Shown: positions 10,406 through 19,993 of the stretch, piece by piece
How positions within the stretch are numbered: the first letter of the stretch is position 1
How the letters are laid out: each line of letters opens with the position of its first letter
Assembly: GCA_963816145.1 (NCBI GenBank)
Contig: CAWFJP010000005.1
Location: forward strand, 128,001 to 192,000
Length of the DNA stretch: 64,000 bases
Source: an uncultured delta proteobacterium
GTDB taxonomy: Bacteria > Desulfobacterota > Binatia > UBA9968
Direction of reading: 5' to 3'
Notes under the pieces: generated by a model
Told to the model about the DNA's origin: nothing
Databases searched by the model: none
Seen by the model: only the letters and a program-made list of their open reading frames with translations
Translations under genes and position numbers: made by a program

Positions 10406-10640
10406 ATGTTTGAGAAAGAACGTTTCATTGAAGAATGCCGCGCTGCGCTCAAGGAACGCGACACGCATGCTGCGGTTCGCGAGCTGGTGGCGAGAGCCAT
10501 GAGCGAACCGATGCAGATAGTGCGAGCGCTCGGAGAACCCCGGCGTGCAGGAGTTGAAACGATCTACAAAGCAGACGATCTGACCATCCTCAACCTTTGC
10601 TGGGGACCCCAGATGAAGTTCAAACCGCACGATCACCGTC
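10406..10640 (+). pseudogene. Truncated cupin / cysteine-dioxygenase-like protein
   Basis: MFEKERFIEECRAAL...LTILNLCWGPQM...PHDH, then the homologous character is lost. Confidence 0.65.
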
Positions 10641-10856
10641 ATGTAGCGGGCACAACGTCATCGTCGCACCTCTACGTCGGTTCACGTTTTACACCTTCAT
10701 GGATCCATTTACCTGTACCCGGTCGAATATGGGACGTACACGGAAGGTGGCAACGACCAGCTTCGCCAGAGCGGATCACCTGAGTTTCGTTTCGATCCCG
10801 ATGCTCTCGGCCATCATTTCCTTCCATTTGAAAGAATCCCTCCTGACATCCATTAC

Positions 10857-11186
10857 ATGTTGCCGTACGAAAGGCTGATTCTTCCTGTTCCTGACAAGTC
10901 CCAGGACCTTGCTCAGCGTGCGTTACAGCTCGTCTACACTTCGGCGACGAATGCGATTCGGATCGTAGGTGCCGTCATCGCGATTGGATACAGCTTTGCG
11001 CCCTATGACCGCTCGTCCTACAGTCCTCTGTTGCACGCACTCGAACAAACCGATGGACACAGGCTGACAGTCGTTGATCCGAACGCTCACCTGATCGCCA
11101 AGCGACTGCATTCCGAGTTCCCAAGACTCGCCATCGAACCTGTGAGCACCACGTTTTCTCTTTGGATCGATGTGCAAACGCAGTAA
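10857..11186 (+). pseudogene. C-terminal fragment of SIR2-like domain protein
   Basis: ILPVPDK...VIAIGYSF.PYD...LTVVDPNA matches the C-terminal half of SIR2_2-like domains; N-terminus missing. Confidence 0.5.
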
Positions 11187-11200
11187 GCGGAGCCTGAACC

Positions 11201-11286
11201 GTCTAACGAGGATGGACAACCGACGGTGCGAGTAGCAGTTGCTTCGCAAGGACGCTGGACGCGGGCTGCACTCCGACGCGTTGAGC
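11201..11286 (+). mobile_element. Degenerate attC site
   Basis: GTCTAAC 15 bp after the stop at 11186 and GTTGAGC (GTTRRRY) about 80 bp downstream; L boxes only partly complementary. Confidence 0.5.
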
Positions 11287-11333
11287 GTCGAAAGGCAATT
11301 CGACCTGTTTTCCCATCGTCGTACCCGCCTGGA

Positions 11334-12335
11334 TTACTTTACTCTCGCCACCAGCTCATCATAGTTCTTCTGCCCGAACTGTCTCTTGCCGGCTTCCAAC
11401 TCGCGGAAGATTTCTAAAAGTTTACTGCTCAGCGGCATTGGCATGCCGAGTTTCTCACCTTCGTTGACGACATAGGCAAGCGTGAAGTCGACTTCGGTGC
11501 GGATCTTTTTTTGGACGTAGCGAAGCGGGCCTTTGCGGTCTTCGGGCTTCCACGTTTTGGCGAAGTTGTTGACTGCTTCTAGCCGTCTTTCAGCGGAGTT
11601 GCGCGGGTGGAAATCGGCTGGGTAGTATTCCGCCAGTTTGATCCAGCGCACACCGAGCGCTTCACCGACGGCGACGACTTCGGCGAAGAAGTCGGCCATG
11701 GCGCGGCGATCGGCTTCGCTCGTGCAGGTCGTCGCCAGTGAGGCGTCGGCTAAAGAACCGTAGTAGCCGAGGCAGGTGTAGGTGAGCTTGCTCCAGAGGA
11801 CACCCAAGATATTGTCGGAGATTTCTGTTTCCATGACGGCGTCGAGGGTTTTGCGCAGATCCTCCAGGCGCGGCGTGGTTTTGCCGTGCAGGTGGCCGAT
11901 GTAAAGGTGGCCGCGGGTGTCGGTCTGGACATGACCGGGGCCGACCTTGCGGCAGCCCATGCGAATCGCCATGCCGACGGTGCGGTCGGCGCCGACTTTT
12001 TCTTGCAGCAGCGGCGGATTGATGCCGTTTTGCATCGAGACGAGCAGGCCGTCGGTGGCGAGATGGGGCAGGACGGTGTTCAACGCATCCGGCGTGTAGT
12101 TGGAGCGCACGGCGATGCAGCCGGTGTCGAACTTGCCGTCGATCTCGTTGGGATAAACGATTTTGATTCTGACGTTAAACGGGCCGTCGGGAACGTCGAC
12201 TTGCAGGCCTTTATCGCGGATCGCGCTGACATGTTCCTTGTCGATGTCGACGAAGGTGATGTCAGCACCGGCGCGCGCCAGTCTGCCGCCGATGATGCCG
12301 CCGATGGGGCCGGTGCCGATGACGATCATGCGCAT
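11334..12335 (-). CDS. Ketopantoate reductase (PanE/ApbA) family oxidoreductase
   Basis: RBS GGAGG; GTGPIGG Rossmann motif, MQNG, LWSKL, RTEVD. Confidence 0.88.
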   Translation of the reverse strand: MRMIVIGTGPIGGIIGGRLARAGADITFVDIDKEHVSAIRDKGLQVDVPDGPFNVRIKIVYPNEIDGKFDTGCIAVRSNYTPDALNTVLPHLATDGLLVSMQNGINPPLLQEKVGADRTVGMAIRMGCRKVGPGHVQTDTRGHLYIGHLHGKTTPRLEDLRKTLDAVMETEISDNILGVLWSKLTYTCLGYYGSLADASLATTCTSEADRRAMADFFAEVVAVGEALGVRWIKLAEYYPADFHPRNSAERRLEAVNNFAKTWKPEDRKGPLRYVQKKIRTEVDFTLAYVVNEGEKLGMPMPLSSKLLEIFRELEAGKRQFGQKNYDELVARVK

Positions 12336-12620
12336 ATGCACAATACCTCCGCTGCAGATCTTAACTGTCGTCAAAGTATTCAATGGCCGTCGCTGCGTCA
12401 ATAGAGAGAAGCGATTGAATAAAAATGTTCCAGAGCAAAACGCCCGGGTCATCGATACCCAAACGCTAAGAGTCAAATTTGTTGCAGCCCTAGTAAAGCG
12501 CCTGGGCAAGGCGATCTGGACAGGGGGCTATTGGCTTGATAGCCCCAAGTAAATAAAGGACAATTGGCGCTCTTGAGCAGTAGGTCTCATTCCTTTCGAG
12601 TGAGAAATCGGAGGCACCAA

Positions 12621-14096
12621 TTGCAAGAGCCGCAAGTCACAGTGGTCGTTGTCTTACGAGAGAGGTTCAGTTTAACTGAGCGATCCCTCGCTAGCATTTA
12701 CCAAAATACCCAGTTCCCGTTTCACCTCGTTTACGTTGCCGGTAAAGCCCCCTCCCGCGTCCAACGCTACCTTCAACAGGAATCGAGCGAAAAGGGATTT
12801 CTGCTGATAACTACGGAACATCACATATCCCCCAATCAAGCCCGAAATCTCGGCTTGAATGAGGTTAAGACCAAATATGTGGCGTTCATCGATAACGACG
12901 CGTTGGTTGCTCCGGGATGGCTAGAGGCTCTGGTTGGTTGCGCAGAGGAGACCGGCGCCTGGGTGGTGGGACCGCTCTGCTTCATCGGAGAGTTCGGCGC
13001 CGGAGTTGTCCACGTTGCCGGTGGAATGGTCCATTTCAAAGACGAGTCCGGGAAGAAGGTTTTCTACGATGAGCAATATCTCTTTAATACGCCGATTCGG
13101 GAAATAAATGACCGGCTTGTAAGGGGGCGCTGGGACTACGTTGAGTTTCACTGCATGTTGGTGAGAACTGATGTTTTCCAATCTCTGGGACCTTTGGACG
13201 AGCAACTCTTGAGCGTCCACGAGCATATCGATTTTTGTTTAAGCGTAAATCGCGCGGGCGGATCGGTCTACGTCGAGCCAAAATCTGTCGTCACCTATAT
13301 TCCTTCACCTCCTTACGACTGGACAGACCTGCCTTACTTCATGCTGCGATGGAGCGAGGAGTGGAATGTCGTAACCACGAACCGATTCTGTGAAAAGTGG
13401 GGCGTCACTGCCATGGGCTGGCTTGGCAACCAATCGACTCCGGTATCAGAAGACTTATTGGTTAGGTTCGGTAGAGGGCACCGCCGAATCATGACCGGGG
13501 TCAAGTATGTCGCGAACGAAGAGTATCGCGTCTCGCCTACTGAACAAGCTGAGTTGATGATTGCGCTTTTCCAGTCCATGGACCGCGATCAAGTTGATTT
13601 AAGGATGAGCGCGAAAAATGGAGAAGTAGTGGGGTTGCTACCCTCCTTGGGTCCTGACGCCGTTCATCGGCGATTGCCCGAGCTCTTGAGGGAGGCCGAG
13701 TCTCAAGACCTTGGTGTTGCTATTCGTCCCGTGGATAAAGGCGGACAAGAAGGGCTGACATTGTTGCGCTTGGATGACTTAGATCCGTTAACGCTGGAGC
13801 AGGTACAAGATCGCGCGTTCATGATCTTGGAAACCGATCATCGAATCTACCAATGCTGGTATGCGGTGGATAAGAGGCAGCTGCAAAGACTCCCAAGCCT
13901 CGCGAGCAAAATGGCTTCCGACAAAATTGCTGCGACACAGGACCATTTCGTGCCGTTGGCCGGAAGCAGGCGAACACCAACGGCGGACTCGCCGCGAGTC
14001 CGAATCGCCAATGGCAGCGCGGGTCTTCTGATGGCGGCAAACCAACTATCCGATAGATCGATTCAGCTTCTGATCGAAACCTGCATCATCCAGTAG
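12621..14096 (+). CDS. GT2 glycosyltransferase fused to C-terminal RepB/AEP DNA-primase-like domain
   Basis: TTG start after GGAGG; GT-A motifs VTVVVV, ARNLGL, FIDND, EHIDFC; C-terminal IRP...LRLDDL...AFMILET...YQCW...LAGS. Confidence 0.75.
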   Translation: MQEPQVTVVVVLRERFSLTERSLASIYQNTQFPFHLVYVAGKAPSRVQRYLQQESSEKGFLLITTEHHISPNQARNLGLNEVKTKYVAFIDNDALVAPGWLEALVGCAEETGAWVVGPLCFIGEFGAGVVHVAGGMVHFKDESGKKVFYDEQYLFNTPIREINDRLVRGRWDYVEFHCMLVRTDVFQSLGPLDEQLLSVHEHIDFCLSVNRAGGSVYVEPKSVVTYIPSPPYDWTDLPYFMLRWSEEWNVVTTNRFCEKWGVTAMGWLGNQSTPVSEDLLVRFGRGHRRIMTGVKYVANEEYRVSPTEQAELMIALFQSMDRDQVDLRMSAKNGEVVGLLPSLGPDAVHRRLPELLREAESQDLGVAIRPVDKGGQEGLTLLRLDDLDPLTLEQVQDRAFMILETDHRIYQCWYAVDKRQLQRLPSLASKMASDKIAATQDHFVPLAGSRRTPTADSPRVRIANGSAGLLMAANQLSDRSIQLLIETCIIQ

Positions 14097-14110
14097 ACGA
14101 GGGGAGACTC

Positions 14111-16351
14111 ATGAACGCTGTGTCCGACAATCCGATCGAGGGCGCGAATCACCCAGGACTGCATGTGGCGATCAGCGCGACGTTTGTGGCCGAGCCAGTG
14201 GAAGAGCCGCTTCAATGCTGGCTGCGGGAGATGGGTGTCACCGCCTCGATTTCATTCGCGCCGTACAATCAGGTGTTTCAACAACTACTCGACCCATCGA
14301 GCTTACAATCAAGAAACCGCAATGGACTGAATGTTGCCTTGGTCCGCCTTGAAGATTGGCACCGAAAGCCTTTCCCCGCTCCCACTGATGAGTTTCTATT
14401 GCTAGACCCAGTTGAAAAATTGCAGCGGAACGTTGTCGATTTCCTCGCCGGGGTTGTCGAGCTCAGGAAGCGGCACGCCGCTCCGTTAATTGTGATCTTA
14501 TGCCCGCCTACCTCCTCGATCTCAGATTCCCCTCGGGAATTCAACACATTGCGTGAAGCGGAAGAGATGCTTGCCTTAGAGCTTTCAAAAATGAACGGCG
14601 TTGAGATTGTGACGAGCGATGCGTTCTTATCTCTCTATCCCATTGCCGACTATCACGACCGTCATGGAAGTCTATTGGCCGACATTCCCTATACACCGCC
14701 TCTATATACGATCTTGTCGATGATGATTGCCCGTAAGGTGCACAAGTTAAAACTTCCGCAGCGCAAGGTAATCGTGCTCGATTGCGATAATACTTTGTGG
14801 AGCGGTGTTGTCGGCGAGGACGGCTGTGAAGGGATAAGTTTCGAACCGTTTCGAAAAACTCTCCAGGAATGCGTACTAGAACAACAGCGCCGAGGCATGC
14901 TGGTTGCTTTATGCAGCAAGAACGATGAAAAGGAAGTGTTGCAGGTCCTCGATACGCGGAGCGAAATGCTGCTAAAAAGAAGCGATCTCGTCGGCTGGCG
15001 AATCAATTGGAAATCGAAGTCGGAGAATCTGACTTCGCTGTCGCAAGAACTTGGTCTTTCCTTGGATAGTTTTATATTCATCGACGACGATCCAATGGTA
15101 TGCGCCGAAATCCGTGCAGGTTTGCCGGAAGTTCTAACTCTATTACTACCGCCCGTGCCAAGCGAAATTCCGGCCTTCCTGCGCCATGTTTGGGTCTTTG
15201 ATCATGACTCGTTTACCGACGAGGACCGGCAACGCACGAAACTCTACCGAGAGCATTTCATGCGTGAACAGGTTCGGCGTGAATCGACATCGCTCAAGGC
15301 CTTTCTCACCGATCTTGATTTGAAAGTGACAATTGCAACATTGGCCGATTCCGAAGTCGACCGGTCGGCCGAACTGACCATGAGAACCAACCAATTCAAT
15401 ACAACAACCCAACGACGAACACCTTTGGAAATGAAGCAGCTCCAGAGTTCCGCATCCAAAGATTGCCTGGTCGTGCATGCGAAGGACCGGTTTGGAGATT
15501 ACGGTCTTGTCGGACTGATTACGTGTCAGATCGAGAATGACAGCCTGCTTATCGATTCTTTCATGCTCAGCTGTCGTGCGTTGGGTCGTGGGGTCGAGCA
15601 CCGAGTGATAGCTCACCTTGGCTTGCTTGCGCAGCAGCGCCAATTGACAACCGTCGATATCATTTGCATCCCCTCGCCCAAAAATTTTCCTGTCTTCGTG
15701 TTTTTGAAAAGCCTGCCGGGCGTCGTTTGTACGTCTTTCCCCGATCGCCAGGTTTTTCACCTCTTCGCGGCGACCGCGGCATCAGTCAGATACTCTCCGA
15801 ATGAGCCTATAGGCCATGACATCGGCCGAGTCGAAGATAGTGACGATACCGGTTCCAGGCCGAATGACCACGTTGAGATGGCAACCCTTAGTACGTTTTT
15901 GGCTACCGTCGCAGAGCGGCTGCGGGATGCTACATCGATTCACGATCGGTTTGCTCATGTCCGTTTGCGTCAATCCGCAGTTCCGAGCGCTATCCCGCCT
16001 CGCACCCCTGTGGAATCCGCGGTCGCTGCGATCTACTGCGACTTGTTGGGCCTCGACGAAATCAGTGTTGACGATAGTTTTTTCAATTTGGGTGGTCACT
16101 CCCTGATCGCAATGCAGGTTCTTTCCCGATTGAACACTGAGTTTGATGTCGAGCTCACCCCTATGTTGCTATTCACCAGCAGGTTCACGGTGGCGGAACT
16201 AGCAGACTCGGTTGTGCAGCAACAACTCAAGAATATGAGCTCAGATGATATAAGCCAGATTTTTCAGAAACTGTCGGAACTTACTGATCAACAAGCCGAC
16301 AGCCTCACTTTCAGCGGCTTATCCGATACTATCTTGCCGGTGCGCAAGTAG
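14111..16351 (+). CDS. FkbH-like HAD-IIIC glyceryl transferase/phosphatase with C-terminal carrier protein (PCP/ACP) domain
   Basis: LDCDNTLW (HAD motif I), CSKND, FIDDDP, RTNQFN, DRFGDYG, LSCRALGR; PCP DDSFFNLGGHSL with Ser at about 16100. Confidence 0.92.
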   Translation: MNAVSDNPIEGANHPGLHVAISATFVAEPVEEPLQCWLREMGVTASISFAPYNQVFQQLLDPSSLQSRNRNGLNVALVRLEDWHRKPFPAPTDEFLLLDPVEKLQRNVVDFLAGVVELRKRHAAPLIVILCPPTSSISDSPREFNTLREAEEMLALELSKMNGVEIVTSDAFLSLYPIADYHDRHGSLLADIPYTPPLYTILSMMIARKVHKLKLPQRKVIVLDCDNTLWSGVVGEDGCEGISFEPFRKTLQECVLEQQRRGMLVALCSKNDEKEVLQVLDTRSEMLLKRSDLVGWRINWKSKSENLTSLSQELGLSLDSFIFIDDDPMVCAEIRAGLPEVLTLLLPPVPSEIPAFLRHVWVFDHDSFTDEDRQRTKLYREHFMREQVRRESTSLKAFLTDLDLKVTIATLADSEVDRSAELTMRTNQFNTTTQRRTPLEMKQLQSSASKDCLVVHAKDRFGDYGLVGLITCQIENDSLLIDSFMLSCRALGRGVEHRVIAHLGLLAQQRQLTTVDIICIPSPKNFPVFVFLKSLPGVVCTSFPDRQVFHLFAATAASVRYSPNEPIGHDIGRVEDSDDTGSRPNDHVEMATLSTFLATVAERLRDATSIHDRFAHVRLRQSAVPSAIPPRTPVESAVAAIYCDLLGLDEISVDDSFFNLGGHSLIAMQVLSRLNTEFDVELTPMLLFTSRFTVAELADSVVQQQLKNMSSDDISQIFQKLSELTDQQADSLTFSGLSDTILPVRK

Positions 16352-16371
16352 GGCCAAGCGGCAGAAGTTGC

Positions 16372-17559
16372 GTGATGGAACCGTTGAACGTGATTCTATT
16401 TTCTGTCGGATCGCATGGTGATGTGTCACCGTTCCTTGAGATTGGACGCCAGCTCAAAGAGCGAGGCCACGAGGTCAAGCTCTTGAGCCATTGTTGTTAC
16501 GAAGAAAAAGCTAAACGAGCGTCGTTAGGATTCGTCTCCGTCGACAACCCTGATGAATACCGAGAATTCATCGCCGATCAGCATCTCTTGAATGGACCTC
16601 AGGGAATACCAGAATTCATAAGAAGACATTCATTATCTAAGATTGTCAGACATTACGGGCTGATCGCACAAGCGTGCCAATCACAAAATACCGTTCTCGT
16701 AACTCGTGATTTGTTCGACACTACCATGCGCTTGGCTGCTGAAAAGAGCCACTTGCCCCTGCGCTGGATCTTCGGAAATCCTAGTCAAGCGACCACATGG
16801 AAGCTCCGACAGCAATTGTTCACCGATGTGCTACGACCTGACATCAATCGAGCTCGCGCCGCTCTGGGCCTGCAGAGCGGTGTGGAAAGAGGTGCGCGGC
16901 TTGAGTATCCATCGGGCGCAATCGCGTTATGGCCCGAATGGTTTGCCAGGGTTGACTTTGACTTGCCGTTCCATGTGACCCCGGTCGGTTTTTTTCGCGA
17001 CGACGATGGCAATGAGGGCGAGATTCCGGCGGTTATTCAAAACGCCGTGGATATATCTGATACGTCGATTCTGGTCACGGCGGGCACGGGAATGTATTTA
17101 GATGCGGGATTCTATGCCGCGAGCGCTGAAGCCTGTCGAATGTTGAATGTTCTAGGAATTCTGGTGGCACAGCACAAGGAGCAGCTACCGAATGATTATC
17201 CTGGTTGCCTGAGTTGGGTCGGCTATCTTCCTTTCGGCAAGCTGATGCCGCAAGTAAAATTGGTGATTCACCACGGGGGTATGGGGACCCTGGGGTGCGC
17301 GATGGCTGCAGGTGTTCCTCAACTTGTTCTCCCAAAAGGGGCAGATCGTCCGGACAACGCCTTGCACTTGAAGAAGCTGCGGATCGCGGACTCCTTGCCT
17401 CCGCCAAAATGGAAGCCTGCAAGCATAGCGGACGCCATGCTTCGGTTGTTGCGTTCGCCAGAGGTTGCCGAGAACTGCCGGGCACTAGCCGGTCGATTGA
17501 AAAATACTGACGGCGCCGCCGCGGCCTGTGATCTCATCGAGCAACCTGTACACAGTTGA
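16372..17559 (+). CDS. GT1 (UGT/RhlB-like) glycosyltransferase
   Basis: GSHGDVSP N-terminal motif; IHHGGMGT...GVPQLVLP.GADRPDNA C-terminal motif. Confidence 0.9.
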   Translation: MMEPLNVILFSVGSHGDVSPFLEIGRQLKERGHEVKLLSHCCYEEKAKRASLGFVSVDNPDEYREFIADQHLLNGPQGIPEFIRRHSLSKIVRHYGLIAQACQSQNTVLVTRDLFDTTMRLAAEKSHLPLRWIFGNPSQATTWKLRQQLFTDVLRPDINRARAALGLQSGVERGARLEYPSGAIALWPEWFARVDFDLPFHVTPVGFFRDDDGNEGEIPAVIQNAVDISDTSILVTAGTGMYLDAGFYAASAEACRMLNVLGILVAQHKEQLPNDYPGCLSWVGYLPFGKLMPQVKLVIHHGGMGTLGCAMAAGVPQLVLPKGADRPDNALHLKKLRIADSLPPPKWKPASIADAMLRLLRSPEVAENCRALAGRLKNTDGAAAACDLIEQPVHS

Positions 17560-17770
17560 TTTATCTACTCTTAACTTTGGCGAATCTCACACGCAATGTT
17601 TAATCGACCTGGACTAGAGAAAACTTTCTGTTTGCGGTGCACGGTTTTGGATTGCGACCCTATCGTGAAAATCTCGGCTGGTAAATTAGCGCCGCGGCCC
17701 TTGAAGAATTGTAGATTAATGAAATATTACCGCCTGAAGTAGAAGCCAGGTCTCGCTGAAAGGATAGCAG

Positions 17771-18748
17771 ATGAAGCGAATTATATTTGCAATTGCCGTC
17801 GCTACGATGAGCCTTAACGGGGTCCATGCGGCTGACCGGATTCGTATTGGCTATAGTTCGATCAGCGGCGCCTATACGCCGATCTGGGTCGCTCATGATG
17901 CCGGCTTCTTTGCCAAGGAAGGATTGCAAGACGACATCATCTTGATTCCCAGCGGCACTCAGCTGGCTCAGGTCACCGTTGCCGGCGAGATCGATATCGG
18001 CTCGCTCAACGGCAGCTCGGCGATTGCGGCGGCGCTGTCGGGCGCCGATCTGAAAATCATCGGCAACTCGGGCAACAAGATGGTCTTTTCGCTCTATGTC
18101 CGACCGGAGATCAAAAACGTCGACGGTATGCGCGGCAAGAAAATAGGCATCACCCGCTTCGGTTCGGCGCCGGATATTTCGGTGCGCTACGCGCTGCGCA
18201 AGTTCAATATCAATCCAGACAAAGACTTGACGTTGATCCAGCTCGGGTTTATGGCGACCGTAGCGGCCGGACTCCAAGGCGGCTCCATCGAGGGCGGCGT
18301 GGTGTCGCCGCCGACGCAGTTCGCCATCGACAAGGCTGGTTTCAAAGAATTGATCAGCATCACCGACATGAATTACGCCTTTCCCAATCCGGCGCTGGTG
18401 GCGGTGGGCTCGATCATCCGCAGCAAGCCCGACGTCATCAACCGCTTCATGCGCGCCTACACGCGCGGCGTGCACAAGGCGCGCACCGACCGCGAGTTCA
18501 CCTATAAATCAATGGCCAAGTACACCAAAATCAACGATCAGGTCGTGCTGCAGAAGGCGTACGATTTCTATATGACCAAAGTTTTGGAGAATACCCCGGC
18601 GGTGAACATGGCCGGGGTGGTCAATGTACTCGAAGATCTGGCCAAGACCGTGCCGGCCGCCAAGACCGCCAAGCCGGAACAGTTCGTCGACATGCGCTTT
18701 CTCGACACCCTGGAGAAAAGCGGTCTGTTGAAAGAGCTGTATCCGTAG
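17771..18748 (+). CDS. NMT1/SsuA-like ABC transporter substrate-binding protein
   Basis: Signal peptide; WVA...GFF.KEGL; GKKIGITRFGS; DMRFLD.LE.SG. Confidence 0.88.
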   Translation: MKRIIFAIAVATMSLNGVHAADRIRIGYSSISGAYTPIWVAHDAGFFAKEGLQDDIILIPSGTQLAQVTVAGEIDIGSLNGSSAIAAALSGADLKIIGNSGNKMVFSLYVRPEIKNVDGMRGKKIGITRFGSAPDISVRYALRKFNINPDKDLTLIQLGFMATVAAGLQGGSIEGGVVSPPTQFAIDKAGFKELISITDMNYAFPNPALVAVGSIIRSKPDVINRFMRAYTRGVHKARTDREFTYKSMAKYTKINDQVVLQKAYDFYMTKVLENTPAVNMAGVVNVLEDLAKTVPAAKTAKPEQFVDMRFLDTLEKSGLLKELYP

Positions 18749-18761
18749 ATCGCACAAAACA

Positions 18762-18839
18762 TGAGGGGTAAAGGGTGAAGGGTTAGGGTAAAACGTTTTC
18801 AAGACCGATTCGCCTCACGCCTCACCCTTTACCCCTTAC
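18762..18839. repeat. Inverted clusters of 7-bp period AAGGGGT/ACCCCTT repeats
   Basis: gaggggt aaagggt gaagggt ... cctcacc ctttacc ccttacc. Confidence 0.8.
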
Positions 18840-18849
18840 CATCTTCACC

Positions 18850-19896
18850 ATGGCGGACTGCTCACCCATCGCTGTAAGTCCCGCCGCGCAAGCTGAATCG
18901 CCGCCCGCCAGTTGGTTCCAGCGCCACAAGGGCAAACTCTGGTGGCTGCATAGTATTTATGCGCTGCTCTTCGGTGTCGGCATCATGTGGCTTGGGGCGC
19001 GCAACTACAACTTTTTGCGCGTGACGGTTTTTCACGTCGGGTTTATCTGGCTTTCCAGTTTATATCTGCCCAAGCTCTTGAACCATCCGCGTCTGTCGCC
19101 GCGATGGGCCGGGCGATTGCGCTTGGTTGTCAATTATTTCAACAAGAATTTTTATCAGCAGGTGCTGTTTTTCATCCTGCCGATCTACTACGGCAGTGCG
19201 ACTGTTTCGTCCGGCAATGTTATTTTCGTCTTGTTTTTGACGATCTCAGCGGTGCTTTCGACGCTCGATGTCGTCTACGATCGTCATCTGTCGGTTCGGC
19301 GCGGCTTGGCTGCGCTTTTTTTCTCTTTCAATCTATTTGCCTTAATCAATGTCATGCTGCCGGTATTGTGGAGCATCGGTAACAACTGGGCGACCCGTGT
19401 CAGTGCCGTGTTTGCCGCTCTAGGTTTTGTCACGATCTTTCATCCTTTCTCGCAGGTCAGATACCGGCAATATGCCGTCGCGGTCGGCACGGCGCTGTTG
19501 CTTTTGGTTCTAGTCGAGTTCGGGCGGCCGTATATTCCGCCGGCGCCATTGCGAGTTGTGGCCGCGCAGTTTGGCAGCGACTATCAAACAGAAACGAAAT
19601 CGGTCGATCCGGTGTTGACCGAAGTGGAGCCCGGTCGGGGGCGCCGGCTGCATGTTATCACGCCGATCAAGGCACCGCTGGGACTTGAAGAAACTGTGCA
19701 GCACCGTTGGCACAAAAACGGCAAGTTGGCGTGGGCTTCGCCGTTCATCCAAGTGACCGGCGGCCGTGAACAAGGATTTCGGCTGTGGACGAACTATCTC
19801 TTCGATGTCATCGAGCCCGGCGCTATGGTGCGGGTCGACGCCGTAACCCAAGGCGGTCAATTGATCGGCCGCGCCAGGATAAAAGCGGCACGCTAA
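18850..19896 (+). CDS. Membrane protein with C-terminal DUF2914-like domain
   Basis: Several TM helices; Q.LFF.LP.Y; APLGL...HRW...GGREQGFRLWT...GQLIGR. Confidence 0.7.
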   Translation: MADCSPIAVSPAAQAESPPASWFQRHKGKLWWLHSIYALLFGVGIMWLGARNYNFLRVTVFHVGFIWLSSLYLPKLLNHPRLSPRWAGRLRLVVNYFNKNFYQQVLFFILPIYYGSATVSSGNVIFVLFLTISAVLSTLDVVYDRHLSVRRGLAALFFSFNLFALINVMLPVLWSIGNNWATRVSAVFAALGFVTIFHPFSQVRYRQYAVAVGTALLLLVLVEFGRPYIPPAPLRVVAAQFGSDYQTETKSVDPVLTEVEPGRGRRLHVITPIKAPLGLEETVQHRWHKNGKLAWASPFIQVTGGREQGFRLWTNYLFDVIEPGAMVRVDAVTQGGQLIGRARIKAAR

Positions 19897-19993
19897 GCAC
19901 CCCCTCGTGCGTCCCCCCGGTTCTTCCAGGTTGGAAAATTTGACTTATATCCGTGCCTATGAATAAGTTGATCGCTCTAGTAGGTTCCAAGTC

